From a virus (taxonomy: Duplodnaviria; Caudoviricetes): a DNA stretch of 25,975 nucleotides. Location of the stretch: IMG/VR virus record IMGVR_UViG_3300047561_000907, positions 1 through 25,975 of that record; one strand, 5' to 3'. The translations under genes and the position numbers were made by a program. Each line of letters starts with the position of its first letter. Position 1 is the first letter of the stretch. A model generated the notes under the pieces. The model searched no databases, was not told the origin of the DNA, and saw only the letters and a program-made list of their open reading frames with translations. Below, in pieces: positions 9,601 to 16,680 of this stretch.

Positions 9601-11787
9601 GACCGTATCGCTAATTCCCGGGACACTGGTCGCACCGGGTTCTTTATTGATTACCAGAAGCAGGCGACGAACTTGGCTCCTGCGACTCCTGAACAGAAAC
9701 AGTTATCTCCGGCTACAAGCGCAGAAAGTAGAAACCTTGAGATTAACAGAAAAGACCGAGAAATTATGGCTAGGGTTCCTCTCAAGCCGGAGGATAAGCA
9801 AATCATTAAGAATGCCTCTTCCGGGAAGACCAAGTTGTCGTCCGGAGCAAGGGCAGAGGAAAAGATGGTCGAGAGCAGGGTTCGCGAAGTTAAGGCAAGA
9901 TTTCCCCAGGCATCCGGATGGGCAAAAATTGATCTTGCTGACGTTGAGATCATAAAGTCTAAGAAGGCTGGAGAAGATCCAAAGATTAGTCCTGTATTCA
10001 AGACGGTTCCTTATTCATTCGAAAAAGATCCATCCACAGGAAAAGATACGGCAACGACACACGCAGCCAGGGTCGAGGATCATTCGAATAAAGTTGTATC
10101 GGAATTGATGAAGGTTGTGGATCGCGCAAAATCCGGAGACAAGAACGCGCAGAAGATACTCGGGCACAAAACTTGGTACCGAGGCATGAACGAGGTTTTG
10201 CGAAGATCATTTGGTGGCATGGCGGATTATTTTGCGGATTTGCTTGGTGCATTTAGTCCAAATACGTCGGTGGATATTAACTGGAGATTTGGAGTCGAGG
10301 CATTGGGCAGGGTCGCAAGGGGAGACTACGACAAAATACTTTCCAAGGTTGACGAGTGGGTCAAGTCAGGCAGGACAATATCTGAGTACAAGAAAGAGGG
10401 GAATCCGATGATTCTCCAGGAAAACCAGAAGTTGTTTGGGATGAATTCGGACAATGGGATGATTGCGATGCTCGACATGTGGAGAGATGTTCAGGCCGGG
10501 CAAGCTCCAAAGGCCAGGAATTTTGCGCTCAATCTAGTCGGGCAATCCTTGAAAGCAACGATTGACGTTTGGGCCGCCAGGTTTTTGCAGAGAATGGCAG
10601 GACTTGAAAGAGTACCAACTGTTGCCGAGAGTGGCGTAAGCGGAAATGTTCTTACGGACACATCAAGGGTTGGTGGTCAATTCGGATACGGACAAGAAGT
10701 GTTTGAGTCCGTTGTTCAGAAATTGAAAAAATCTGGGATTGAGGATTTGAAGGATCTTACTGCTCCGGATCTACAGGCAATCGTATGGTTTTTGGAAAAG
10801 GAAATTTGGGCTGAGAATAACTGGACAAGCAAGACAGGGGAGGGTGGATCATTTGAAACAGAGGCGGATCTGACGCAACCGTCTAGGTATGTTATCGGAT
10901 TAAGCCAGGAAACTCCAGAGGTCAAGCCAACCGCTGAACAGCAGGCGTCATTTGCATCAGATATTAGGAACACATTTGCAGAGGCTCCGGGAGTAATTGC
11001 AACAAAGATTAAGGATTCAATCGGGGCATTCATGGGCACAACCGAAAGGTCGTTTGACGCTGAGTTTGTTGTCACTCCGGATTTTGATCCGTCAAAACTT
11101 ATTGAAGTCACAGCATCCAAGGCAATGCAGTCGGGCCAGAAGAATGCATTCGTGAGCAGGGTCCTTGGCCCCAACGAGGACAATGCAAATGCTCGCCCCG
11201 GCATGGAGATTTACTTGCGCAAAAAGGGATCAATGGGGGATGTCAACGCGCTTGCCAAGCAAGTATCCGAAGCGGGGATTGATGGGTTTACCATGATCGT
11301 AGATCCAAGGGCAAAGGTCGCCGGAGTCCCGGATGAATTCATAGGCGTGAGGTACCAATATGTCCCCGAGTTTTCTGGAGATAAAAATTGGCAAGCAAAT
11401 GTAGACGCGCTTCGCGGAAAGCTACAGGACCTGGCGGACAACCTTATGTCACAATCAGAAATTGCCTTTGCCAACGTAGTCAAGTATGATACCCTTGTTT
11501 TAGGAGAAAAAGATTATGGCAACTTTAATACAGGAACTGGAACAGGATATACCGAGGGCCGAGGAGCGTCTTGGATCGGACGCGCGGATAGTGCGCGAAA
11601 TGAAGCGTCAATTAGAGGGATTGAAAGCGGAAAGCAGACTCAGCGACCAACTGGTTTTCAACGTGTCGGCAACGAATCAAGGCAACCCGCAAAAGCGGAT
11701 CTAGAATCAGAAGTTAAAAAAAGAGCTATTAAAGAAGAGCTCTTGTCGCCAGCAAAATTACTAACAAGGAAAAGAGGCGTCCAATGA
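6616..11787 (+). CDS. large polyvalent internal virion protein (zincin-like HExxH domain plus HhH glycosylase-like domain)
   Basis: 1723 aa. G/A-rich membrane-type segment; HEIMH (8239-8253) with downstream DEVLAE; WY..SP..N..KARNF..N..TIDVWAAR..QAIVW motif series (~10150-10830). Confidence 0.7.
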   Translation: MADEIIQDPLEAANYLLRQYRDNPNFEFTQEEASLVHNAYKGGVSFVDSKPVMDEASTSSFLRSQDESDPSFIASEEEFSILKATEPGAISRIGAGMTGAAEYFGPVIKEGIPELIKTASMREPRPGEQPTSLPATLLEAGARGTMDLGMMAVGASKFIEKAPYMAAGALGMQDDYKSYLNQKTIDQNYQMQAVDKINAERAQGKSIIGLPEGTFAPKAAEAASMVLDPTLAVPFIGPGAKATGVAGRGLKATSKIAGGLETAARATGGAIDLGVEKVGQGIQRVLPGVTAPRTAGAIATGAAAIGIPGAFPIGAKIAGVRAGAEAVERGAQAVRIAGEEAMTGPSRMTVMERVAKNQKNPEWLRKAANNSIVSSPITQGAAELGLETGKGAVKSAAVGAGLGYVASGGEEEGIGGGLVIGGGLGAVGGGIKGITEIPAKKALAKQGDVNRLFKRQMDLGLDVGKISDYIRKDNRPFLDAATLQMMAPDVQVEFHGRDSFMMPENAGINAAGVVKAIPDKSGTTRLLVNMDDMRASGDTVKHEIMHAIMKSPAINKAEGRMAVMSEYGEEGLRRFGNEYARKLLEGERQGRGTPTEAEVRAKANELREGSQRSEPGAGDLDWIADEVLAEQFVGEFRGKDLDSLRRKTLPGTDLLSLQEGYLAPVGRLLAKFGIDTTVPKPTNIDTLFKDNPLVPSKQLRELTTRWFRDRDKYLDGLDKAEKQKDVVLTPGAGNRNLANNPAIKFTRNRKTNLEENDFAVKFPDGTVRAKDPASILAVDKARVADVSKMYDSSAVLERGSPEFGVKIQSDGKPYVGGPKLPEGFYSLDSFNDFTKEVAKTLEDSRQQGKTYSVWYQKIGTGEDGSWAQSVKRGLGNIKVGQSEIAFLGWRLSKAGNILAQAVDITALRGRMLDFARSGKGRINEIWGGDLASYEKDVMKYLDNHANSLPGDNGLGTAKRDAINYLFGITNQANKGINPMYSEGRPPGSLVKSYRLDRIANSRDTGRTGFFIDYQKQATNLAPATPEQKQLSPATSAESRNLEINRKDREIMARVPLKPEDKQIIKNASSGKTKLSSGARAEEKMVESRVREVKARFPQASGWAKIDLADVEIIKSKKAGEDPKISPVFKTVPYSFEKDPSTGKDTATTHAARVEDHSNKVVSELMKVVDRAKSGDKNAQKILGHKTWYRGMNEVLRRSFGGMADYFADLLGAFSPNTSVDINWRFGVEALGRVARGDYDKILSKVDEWVKSGRTISEYKKEGNPMILQENQKLFGMNSDNGMIAMLDMWRDVQAGQAPKARNFALNLVGQSLKATIDVWAARFLQRMAGLERVPTVAESGVSGNVLTDTSRVGGQFGYGQEVFESVVQKLKKSGIEDLKDLTAPDLQAIVWFLEKEIWAENNWTSKTGEGGSFETEADLTQPSRYVIGLSQETPEVKPTAEQQASFASDIRNTFAEAPGVIATKIKDSIGAFMGTTERSFDAEFVVTPDFDPSKLIEVTASKAMQSGQKNAFVSRVLGPNEDNANARPGMEIYLRKKGSMGDVNALAKQVSEAGIDGFTMIVDPRAKVAGVPDEFIGVRYQYVPEFSGDKNWQANVDALRGKLQDLADNLMSQSEIAFANVVKYDTLVLGEKDYGNFNTGTGTGYTEGRGASWIGRADSARNEASIRGIESGKQTQRPTGFQRVGNESRQPAKADLESEVKKRAIKEELLSPAKLLTRKRGVQ
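11516..11704 (+). CDS. candidate overprinted small helical protein nested in the polyvalent gene
   Basis: AGGAG at 11502-11506, 9 nt before ATG 11516. 62-aa amphipathic helix-turn-helix product; the host frame turns low-complexity over the same span. Confidence 0.55.
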   Translation: MATLIQELEQDIPRAEERLGSDARIVREMKRQLEGLKAESRLSDQLVFNVSATNQGNPQKRI

Positions 11788-11789
11788 CC

Positions 11790-12065
11790 TCACTCGACGT
11801 CGACATCTCTCCATCTGGAGATAAAGCCAGCAGTGTTTTGGGACGCGTCAATAACTGTTCCGCCCCTTGTGACAAATCCTCCGTAGGAACTGTCAGCATC
11901 CACAATCATCTTTCTGTTCAGGATCACACCTCCGTAGGAGCCGGATGCAGTTGTGATCATTCTTCCGTTGATGTACCCAGCGTACTCCCCGCCGGAAGTC
12001 TGGATGATATCCCCGGCGAAACAGTTTCCGAATGACAGGGCAACCAACAATAGGATTTTCTTCAT
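11790..12065 (-). CDS. small exported protein with signal peptide and beta-hairpin repeats (beta-flower-like); moron/superinfection-exclusion candidate
   Basis: MKKILLLVALSFGNCFA signal, then four ~16-17-aa repeats (IIQTSGGEYAGYINGR / MITTASGSYGGVILNRK / MIVDADSSYGGFVTRGG / TVIDASQNTAGFISR); 91 aa. Confidence 0.7.
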   Translation of the reverse strand: MKKILLLVALSFGNCFAGDIIQTSGGEYAGYINGRMITTASGSYGGVILNRKMIVDADSSYGGFVTRGGTVIDASQNTAGFISRWRDVDVE

Positions 12066-12888
12066 GGCAAGCATTCTAACACAGATCCCGGAACTGAGCG
12101 CAAGCAAAAATTTCACCCCATTTGGGGCCGGAGAATTCGACAGGCAAAACACGTCCAGGCCCATGCAGGAGCCACAGAGGGCAGGATGGACAGACGAGAA
12201 GGGGCAACGCCTGGTCGCCATGTCGGATCGTATGCGGTCGGCCGCGACGATGGACGACATTCGGTCAGAGACAACACAAAGAGCAATGGAGGACCAGGTG
12301 ACTAAAAACATTATGCAAGATCAAAACTTAATCGGGCCAAAGGTGCCCAAGAATGAATACGATTCGGCCCTGGCAACGGTCGACATGGAAGCAAGGAAGG
12401 ACAAGTCCGGGAACGTAATGGTATACAATCTTCCTTCCGGAGATATGGGCGGGAGCTACGAGGTTGCCGGGATCAACGACAAGTATCATCCAGCGGCCGC
12501 CGAGATGCTGAAGAATCTTCCTGCGGGAGAACGCAGGGACGCAGCTGCCAGGTACGTCGTAGAATATACAAAACCTTTCACGTCTAAACTTCCCGAGCCT
12601 TACCGACCCTTCTTCCAGGACCTGGCATTTAACCGCGGGGTAGGAGGGGCGACAAAGTTCCTGCAACGCGCGGTCGGGGTGAAGGATGACGGAGCTCTTG
12701 GGCCTCAGACGCTCAAGGCCCTGGAAGGGTTGAACCCATCCGAGGTAATGAAGAACGTTTCTGTCGAGCAGATGACCTACGAGAGAAGGCTTGCGGAGCA
12801 GAATCCGGAACGTAAAAAGTTTCTCAATGGTCTCCAGAATAGAGTCTCGAACAGATATCGACTTTTCGGGAATGCTCCAACCGGGTAA
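12064..12888 (+). CDS. glycoside hydrolase family 108 lysozyme with C-terminal peptidoglycan-binding region and N-terminal extension (start uncertain: 12064, 12163 or 12220)
   Basis: E...GDMGGSYEVAGI, DLAFNRGVGGATKFLQRAVGVKDDGALGPQTL and KFLNGLQNRV motifs. Confidence 0.8.
   Translation: MASILTQIPELSASKNFTPFGAGEFDRQNTSRPMQEPQRAGWTDEKGQRLVAMSDRMRSAATMDDIRSETTQRAMEDQVTKNIMQDQNLIGPKVPKNEYDSALATVDMEARKDKSGNVMVYNLPSGDMGGSYEVAGINDKYHPAAAEMLKNLPAGERRDAAARYVVEYTKPFTSKLPEPYRPFFQDLAFNRGVGGATKFLQRAVGVKDDGALGPQTLKALEGLNPSEVMKNVSVEQMTYERRLAEQNPERKKFLNGLQNRVSNRYRLFGNAPTG
12073..12103 (-). promoter_or_regulatory. putative extended -10 promoter for a leaderless transcript of the antisense gene
   Basis: Minus strand reads TTGCGC...TGTGT-TAGAAT-gcttgcc-ATG. 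The -10 lies 7 nt before the start codon and there is no SD. Confidence 0.5.
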
Positions 12889-13261
12889 TCGTCAGACAGG
12901 AGCAGTAGGAGTCGCCAGGGTAATCGCAGGACTCCTCGCTTCCGGGTGGAATGTGTTGACCCCATTTGAGGACAACGCCGGGTACGACATTGTCGCGGAG
13001 AAAGACGGAACATTCAAAAGAATCCAGGTCAAGTCGTGTGGCGCCCCGCGGTTGCACAGCAGTGGCAGAAGGGGCCCGAGCTACAAGTTCAGCACCGGGC
13101 GAGGAGTCGACAAGAGGAAGTACGGTAAGTGCATTGACCTAATATTCCTGGTCGCGCTGGACAAGGATTTGCTGTGGGTATTTGATTCGAGAAAAATAAG
13201 AACGACGCGGACCGCATCTCCAGAAGATTCTATTGCCTGGATGAGCCTGTCGAAGATATAG
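12872..13261 (+). CDS. PD-(D/E)XK endonuclease (group I intron-associated/homing-like family)
   Basis: G..G...V...L...GW.VL.P..DN..YDIVAEKDG.F.RIQVKS...Y....DLIFLV; ATG 12872 overlaps the end of the lysozyme gene. Confidence 0.75.
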   Translation: MLQPGNRQTGAVGVARVIAGLLASGWNVLTPFEDNAGYDIVAEKDGTFKRIQVKSCGAPRLHSSGRRGPSYKFSTGRGVDKRKYGKCIDLIFLVALDKDLLWVFDSRKIRTTRTASPEDSIAWMSLSKI

Positions 13262-13298
13262 CAAGTCAAGCTAATTAAAATTCCCCTAAAATAATATA

Positions 13299-13350
13299 TT
13301 GACTCGAATGCCGTGTCTCGGCAGAGTCCGGTGATCTTGAAACAAGGAGG
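13299..13350 (+). promoter_or_regulatory. putative sigma70 promoter with internal inverted repeat and strong RBS
   Basis: AT-rich upstream tract; TTGACT(13299)-17 nt-CAGAGT; GACTC..TGCCG-N5-CGGCA-GAGTC dyad; AAGGAGG at 13344-13350. Confidence 0.5.
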
Positions 13351-13355
13351 TCACC

Positions 13356-13733
13356 ATGGGCGGAGGAAAGATGTCGCGCAACAAGGGGAAACGCGGTGAA
13401 CGCGAGGTATCAAGCCTGCTCAGTGAGGCTGGATGGAAGGCTAGGCGCGCCCAGCAGTTCTGCGGGTCGCCGGATGGGGGAGCTAGTGATGTACTGGTCG
13501 AATCAGAATTCTGGCCCTTCCACGTCGAGGTCAAGTACTGCCAGCAAACCAAAATTTACGATTGGATGCAACAATCTGCCAACGATTCAAAAACTGGTAA
13601 GACGCCTATCGTGTGCCATCGAAGAAATCAAACAGGGTGGCACGTCACAATGAAATTCCAGGATTGGATCAATCTTGTGAACAGTGCTCTACCAGTTTCA
13701 AACACCTTACCCGAAAACCCAAATAAACCATAA
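13356..13733 (+). CDS. Holliday junction resolvase-like PD-(D/E)XK nuclease (Hjc type)
   Basis: SRNKGKRGEREV..LL...G..ARR.QQF.G...SDV...HVEVK...Q...D.....PIVCHRRN...W. Confidence 0.8.
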   Translation: MGGGKMSRNKGKRGEREVSSLLSEAGWKARRAQQFCGSPDGGASDVLVESEFWPFHVEVKYCQQTKIYDWMQQSANDSKTGKTPIVCHRRNQTGWHVTMKFQDWINLVNSALPVSNTLPENPNKP

Positions 13734-13748
13734 AAGGAGAATACACAT

Positions 13749-14366
13749 ATGGCACTAGTACTAAGTGAGAAAAGCACAAAAGAAAGACCGATCGTAGAAG
13801 CGGGAGCGCATCCTGCAATCTGCTATTCGGTAGTTGACCTCGGAACCCAGAAGAGCACCTACCAAGGCGAGACGAAGGAGTTGAAGAAGATCCGGATCGC
13901 GTTTGAGATCTGCGATCAGAACGACGACTTTGAGCAAGTCGAGAATGGCAAGGTTACCATCATCAAAAAGCCGTTGGTCTGTTCCGCGGAATTTACCGCG
14001 TCGATCGGACCGAAGGCGTCGCTTCGGAAATTCATCGAGGGTTGGCTAGGTTCAGCGCTCAATGCGAAGCAACTCGCATCATTCAAGGTGACTGACTTCC
14101 TCGGGAAGTCGGCACTACTCAACGTAGTTCACAAGGTTAGTCAGGTCTCCGGCAAGACCTACGCTGCGATCGGATCGGCATCCAAATTGCCCAAAGGCAT
14201 GGTCGTTCCTGAGCGTGTAAACAATCTTATCTCGTATGAGATTGAGCAGGGCCAGGGTGGCGAGTTTACCAACTTGCCAAAGTGGCTACAGGAAAAACTC
14301 CTTTTGTCGAAGGAACTTGGCGGAGTTAAATCAACCGTAGCGACCGACGACGGAGCACCGTTCTAA
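13749..14366 (+). CDS. putative phage ssDNA-binding/replication protein (NGO0469-like)
   Basis: AAGGAG RBS; G.H.A.CY.VVDLGTQ...YQG..K...KI.I.FE; KASLRKF..GW.G; acidic-aromatic C-terminus DDGAPF typical of SSBs. Confidence 0.7.
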   Translation: MALVLSEKSTKERPIVEAGAHPAICYSVVDLGTQKSTYQGETKELKKIRIAFEICDQNDDFEQVENGKVTIIKKPLVCSAEFTASIGPKASLRKFIEGWLGSALNAKQLASFKVTDFLGKSALLNVVHKVSQVSGKTYAAIGSASKLPKGMVVPERVNNLISYEIEQGQGGEFTNLPKWLQEKLLLSKELGGVKSTVATDDGAPF

Positions 14367-15238
14367 TGGCACTGGAACTCTCTACTCATTCGGAAACACC
14401 GACGAGGCTAGTGTCCGCAGAATTCTCTGCGCACTGGTACTCGACTGATGGAGAGGCTTTCCACACGGTCCCGGACGCTGAAGGGCGCGATCGTCCAACA
14501 ACGCTCCGGGACGTGAGGAAGTTAGCCAAGGAAGGAATTGATCTTCTTCCGTCTGTCACTTCAGTGATGAAGGTGAAGGACGCTCCACAACTTAACGCGT
14601 GGAAAATTTCTCAATGCCTACTCGCAGCCGACGAGCGCCCGAGACTTCCCGGGGAGTCCCTGGAAGATTGGGCCTCGGTGATTGAAGAGTTGAGCAAGGC
14701 AGTGACCAAGAAGGCGTCGAACCATGGCACTGCTATGCACGACGTCCAGGAGAGGTTGCTACCACTGCTACGCGAGAAGAAGGAGCCTGTATCTACATCG
14801 GATATACACATCCGGGAAGATCTTGTTCCATTTGCAGAACACATGGTGGAGTGGATCAATTCCCAAGTCGTCAAGGCACATTGGGAAGAGAAGGTGCTGG
14901 TCGGTGCCGGATACGCTGGGAAGGCGGACGCACTGATCGATCACTCCGAGCATGGCACTTGCCTAATCGATCTGAAGAACAGATCGTTCGACCCGGAGAA
15001 GGTGACAGCATCTAGGCGCCCGGTGTACCCACACGACGCTATGCAGTTAGGGGCCTATAGAAAGGCCCTTGGCAAGGAAGTGCACTGCATGTCGGTGATA
15101 CTATCGTCAAAGACTCCGTCTGCTCCGTTTGTCCACAAGTGGAGCGAACAGGAGTTGGAAGATGGCTGGAGTGCTTTTCAGCACTGTCTGGCCCTGTGGT
15201 GCTTTGACAAGAAATTCAAACCGAAGGGAGTCAAATGA
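14366..15238 (+). CDS. PD-(D/E)XK exonuclease (RecB/Cas4-like)
   Basis: HWY...G, TTLRD.RK, LPSVT, P.L.AWK, GT.MH, E..L...YAGKAD..IDLK and QL.AY motifs. Confidence 0.8.
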   Translation: MALELSTHSETPTRLVSAEFSAHWYSTDGEAFHTVPDAEGRDRPTTLRDVRKLAKEGIDLLPSVTSVMKVKDAPQLNAWKISQCLLAADERPRLPGESLEDWASVIEELSKAVTKKASNHGTAMHDVQERLLPLLREKKEPVSTSDIHIREDLVPFAEHMVEWINSQVVKAHWEEKVLVGAGYAGKADALIDHSEHGTCLIDLKNRSFDPEKVTASRRPVYPHDAMQLGAYRKALGKEVHCMSVILSSKTPSAPFVHKWSEQELEDGWSAFQHCLALWCFDKKFKPKGVK

Positions 15239-15609
15239 ACGAAATGAGTAGCATAATGGAGGCAATTGATTCGCTGGGAACAGCAGTCCGGGAACTCAAA
15301 GAGGGGCTCCCGGTAAAGGATCATACAGAGCCAACGATCGAAGACGTAGCCACTCATGCGAGCGACGTGATTAGAAAGATCATGAACCGCGGGTCGAACA
15401 AGTCCAGGTTTGGCGAGTGGTTCCACAAAAACTCACTTCGCTACAACTCTGACAGAGCAATTGCCCACATGACCCGGGCGATGCAACAGATCGATGGCAA
15501 CGTGTCTTCTCCGGACGGCTCCGGGGAGACATGCATCGACCACCTGGAGCGCGCACTTGTCCGGGCCGTGTTCACTCTCTACAAGGCCAAGGAAGGAAAG
15601 ATACGGTAA
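15235..15609 (+). CDS. putative dATP/dGTP diphosphohydrolase-like (DUF5664-type) protein, divergent
   Basis: IM.RG.NK....W......DRAIAHM......D.SG....DHL.RA..R pattern resembles the V..GA.KY..NW..A.RH..D.ESG..HL.HA family. Confidence 0.5.
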   Translation: MNEMSSIMEAIDSLGTAVRELKEGLPVKDHTEPTIEDVATHASDVIRKIMNRGSNKSRFGEWFHKNSLRYNSDRAIAHMTRAMQQIDGNVSSPDGSGETCIDHLERALVRAVFTLYKAKEGKIR

Positions 15610-15740
15610 TGGCTGGGCATATCATTGAATTGATATTCTTGATCGGACTAGCCACGACAATTCTGATTGTACTTGCGCCATTGGTTTGGGTGACCATGAT
15701 CGCGGTTGAAAAAATTGATAAAATCCGTGACAACAAATAG
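15609..15740 (+). CDS. small single-pass membrane protein
   Basis: TAATG coupling; MAGHIIELIFLIGLATTILIVLAPLVWVTMIAVEK hydrophobic segment. Confidence 0.55.
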   Translation: MAGHIIELIFLIGLATTILIVLAPLVWVTMIAVEKIDKIRDNK

Positions 15741-15912
15741 TACAAGCATTCACATTGGCCCGAAGACAACAACCTGGGAGGACCCGCTCGCGGTATTCCT
15801 CCACAAGGATGAGTCGACCAGGATGGAACGCATCATGGAGTATCTGTCATGGGAAAACTATCGACTGCATCAGATCATTCAGAGATTCATGGACGAGAGA
15901 AAGACGACATGA
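15727..15912 (+). CDS. hypothetical protein (start uncertain; GTG 15727 or TTG 15706)
   Basis: Fills the gap in a tightly coupled operon; ATGA overlap with the next gene. Confidence 0.45.
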   Translation: MTTNSTSIHIGPKTTTWEDPLAVFLHKDESTRMERIMEYLSWENYRLHQIIQRFMDERKTT

Positions 15913-16061
15913 CCTACGTCCAATGGGGTGAAAGATACTACGCGGTGACTTCCAACGGAGATGTTTTTGATTCTACCGGGAAACTGACCATTATCCCGGA
16001 AGGGCTAAAGAAGGCAATCAAGGAGGTTGGCATTCATGAAGAAGCAAATAGTAACAGTTAG
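15909..16061 (+). CDS. hypothetical protein
   Basis: ATG 15909 overlaps the upstream stop; MTYVQWGERYYAVTSNGDVFDSTG. Confidence 0.5.
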   Translation: MTYVQWGERYYAVTSNGDVFDSTGKLTIIPEGLKKAIKEVGIHEEANSNS

Positions 16062-16680
16062 TTGCCAGTTGCCGGAATGGTTTGAGAAGCATTCGCTCCC
16101 GCGGATTAAGGAGGCATGCGAACGGTGGGACGCAAATCTTGTCGTCATTAAGCCGGAAAAGCCGATCGGGTTGCTAGCTAAGATGTCGCTAGTCGACGCG
16201 GTGCAGAATGCTGACAGAACCCTGTTTATCGACAGCGACGTTCTTATCTCCAGGGAATGCCAGAATCCTTTTGAGCTATTCCCGCGGGGTCACTTCTACG
16301 CTTGCGCAGACGCGCCTCACGGTGACCAGTTGCATTGGGGCCGAGCGAACGAGATGATCCTATCGCAGGCAATGCTCGGATCAATCAAGTGGACTCAAGG
16401 CTACTTCAACACCGGGGTCATGGTGTGCGACAAACAGCATGCAGGGGCCTGGGGCAATTTCGTATACGCACCGTTCGCGTTCCCTGAGCAGACCTTCACC
16501 AACTACCGGGCCAGAATGCTCGGGTACTCCATTCGTTTCCTAAGTTGGGAATGGAACGCAATGGAGATCAATACGCCGAAGGATAAGAAGCAGTCAGACG
16601 GATTCATGCCACACGCAGCCGGGATTTACGGAGACGACCGCGCGAAGTGGATTGAGGAAATGGATAAGGTACTACCATGA
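16036..16680 (+). CDS. GT-A glycosyltransferase, family 8-like
   Basis: AGGAGG RBS at 16021; LFIDSDVLI (DxD), YFNTGVMV, EQTFTNY, WEWNAM and HAAG motifs. Confidence 0.8.
   Translation: MKKQIVTVSCQLPEWFEKHSLPRIKEACERWDANLVVIKPEKPIGLLAKMSLVDAVQNADRTLFIDSDVLISRECQNPFELFPRGHFYACADAPHGDQLHWGRANEMILSQAMLGSIKWTQGYFNTGVMVCDKQHAGAWGNFVYAPFAFPEQTFTNYRARMLGYSIRFLSWEWNAMEINTPKDKKQSDGFMPHAAGIYGDDRAKWIEEMDKVLP

Noticed and set aside
8315-9955. Other plus-strand alternate-frame ORFs inside the large gene (8315-8722, 9056-9238, 9446-9955)
   Set aside because: No SD, R/S/L-rich shadow composition, and the main frame stays globular there, unlike at 11516.
890-11483. Numerous minus-strand ORFs across the structural genes
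   Set aside because: They are antisense shadows of long plus-strand genes, with no motifs or initiation signals.
12066-12311. Upstream extension of the minus-strand ORF (173 aa)
   Set aside because: The signal peptide and promoter place the start at 12065; the extension is antisense to the lysozyme frame.
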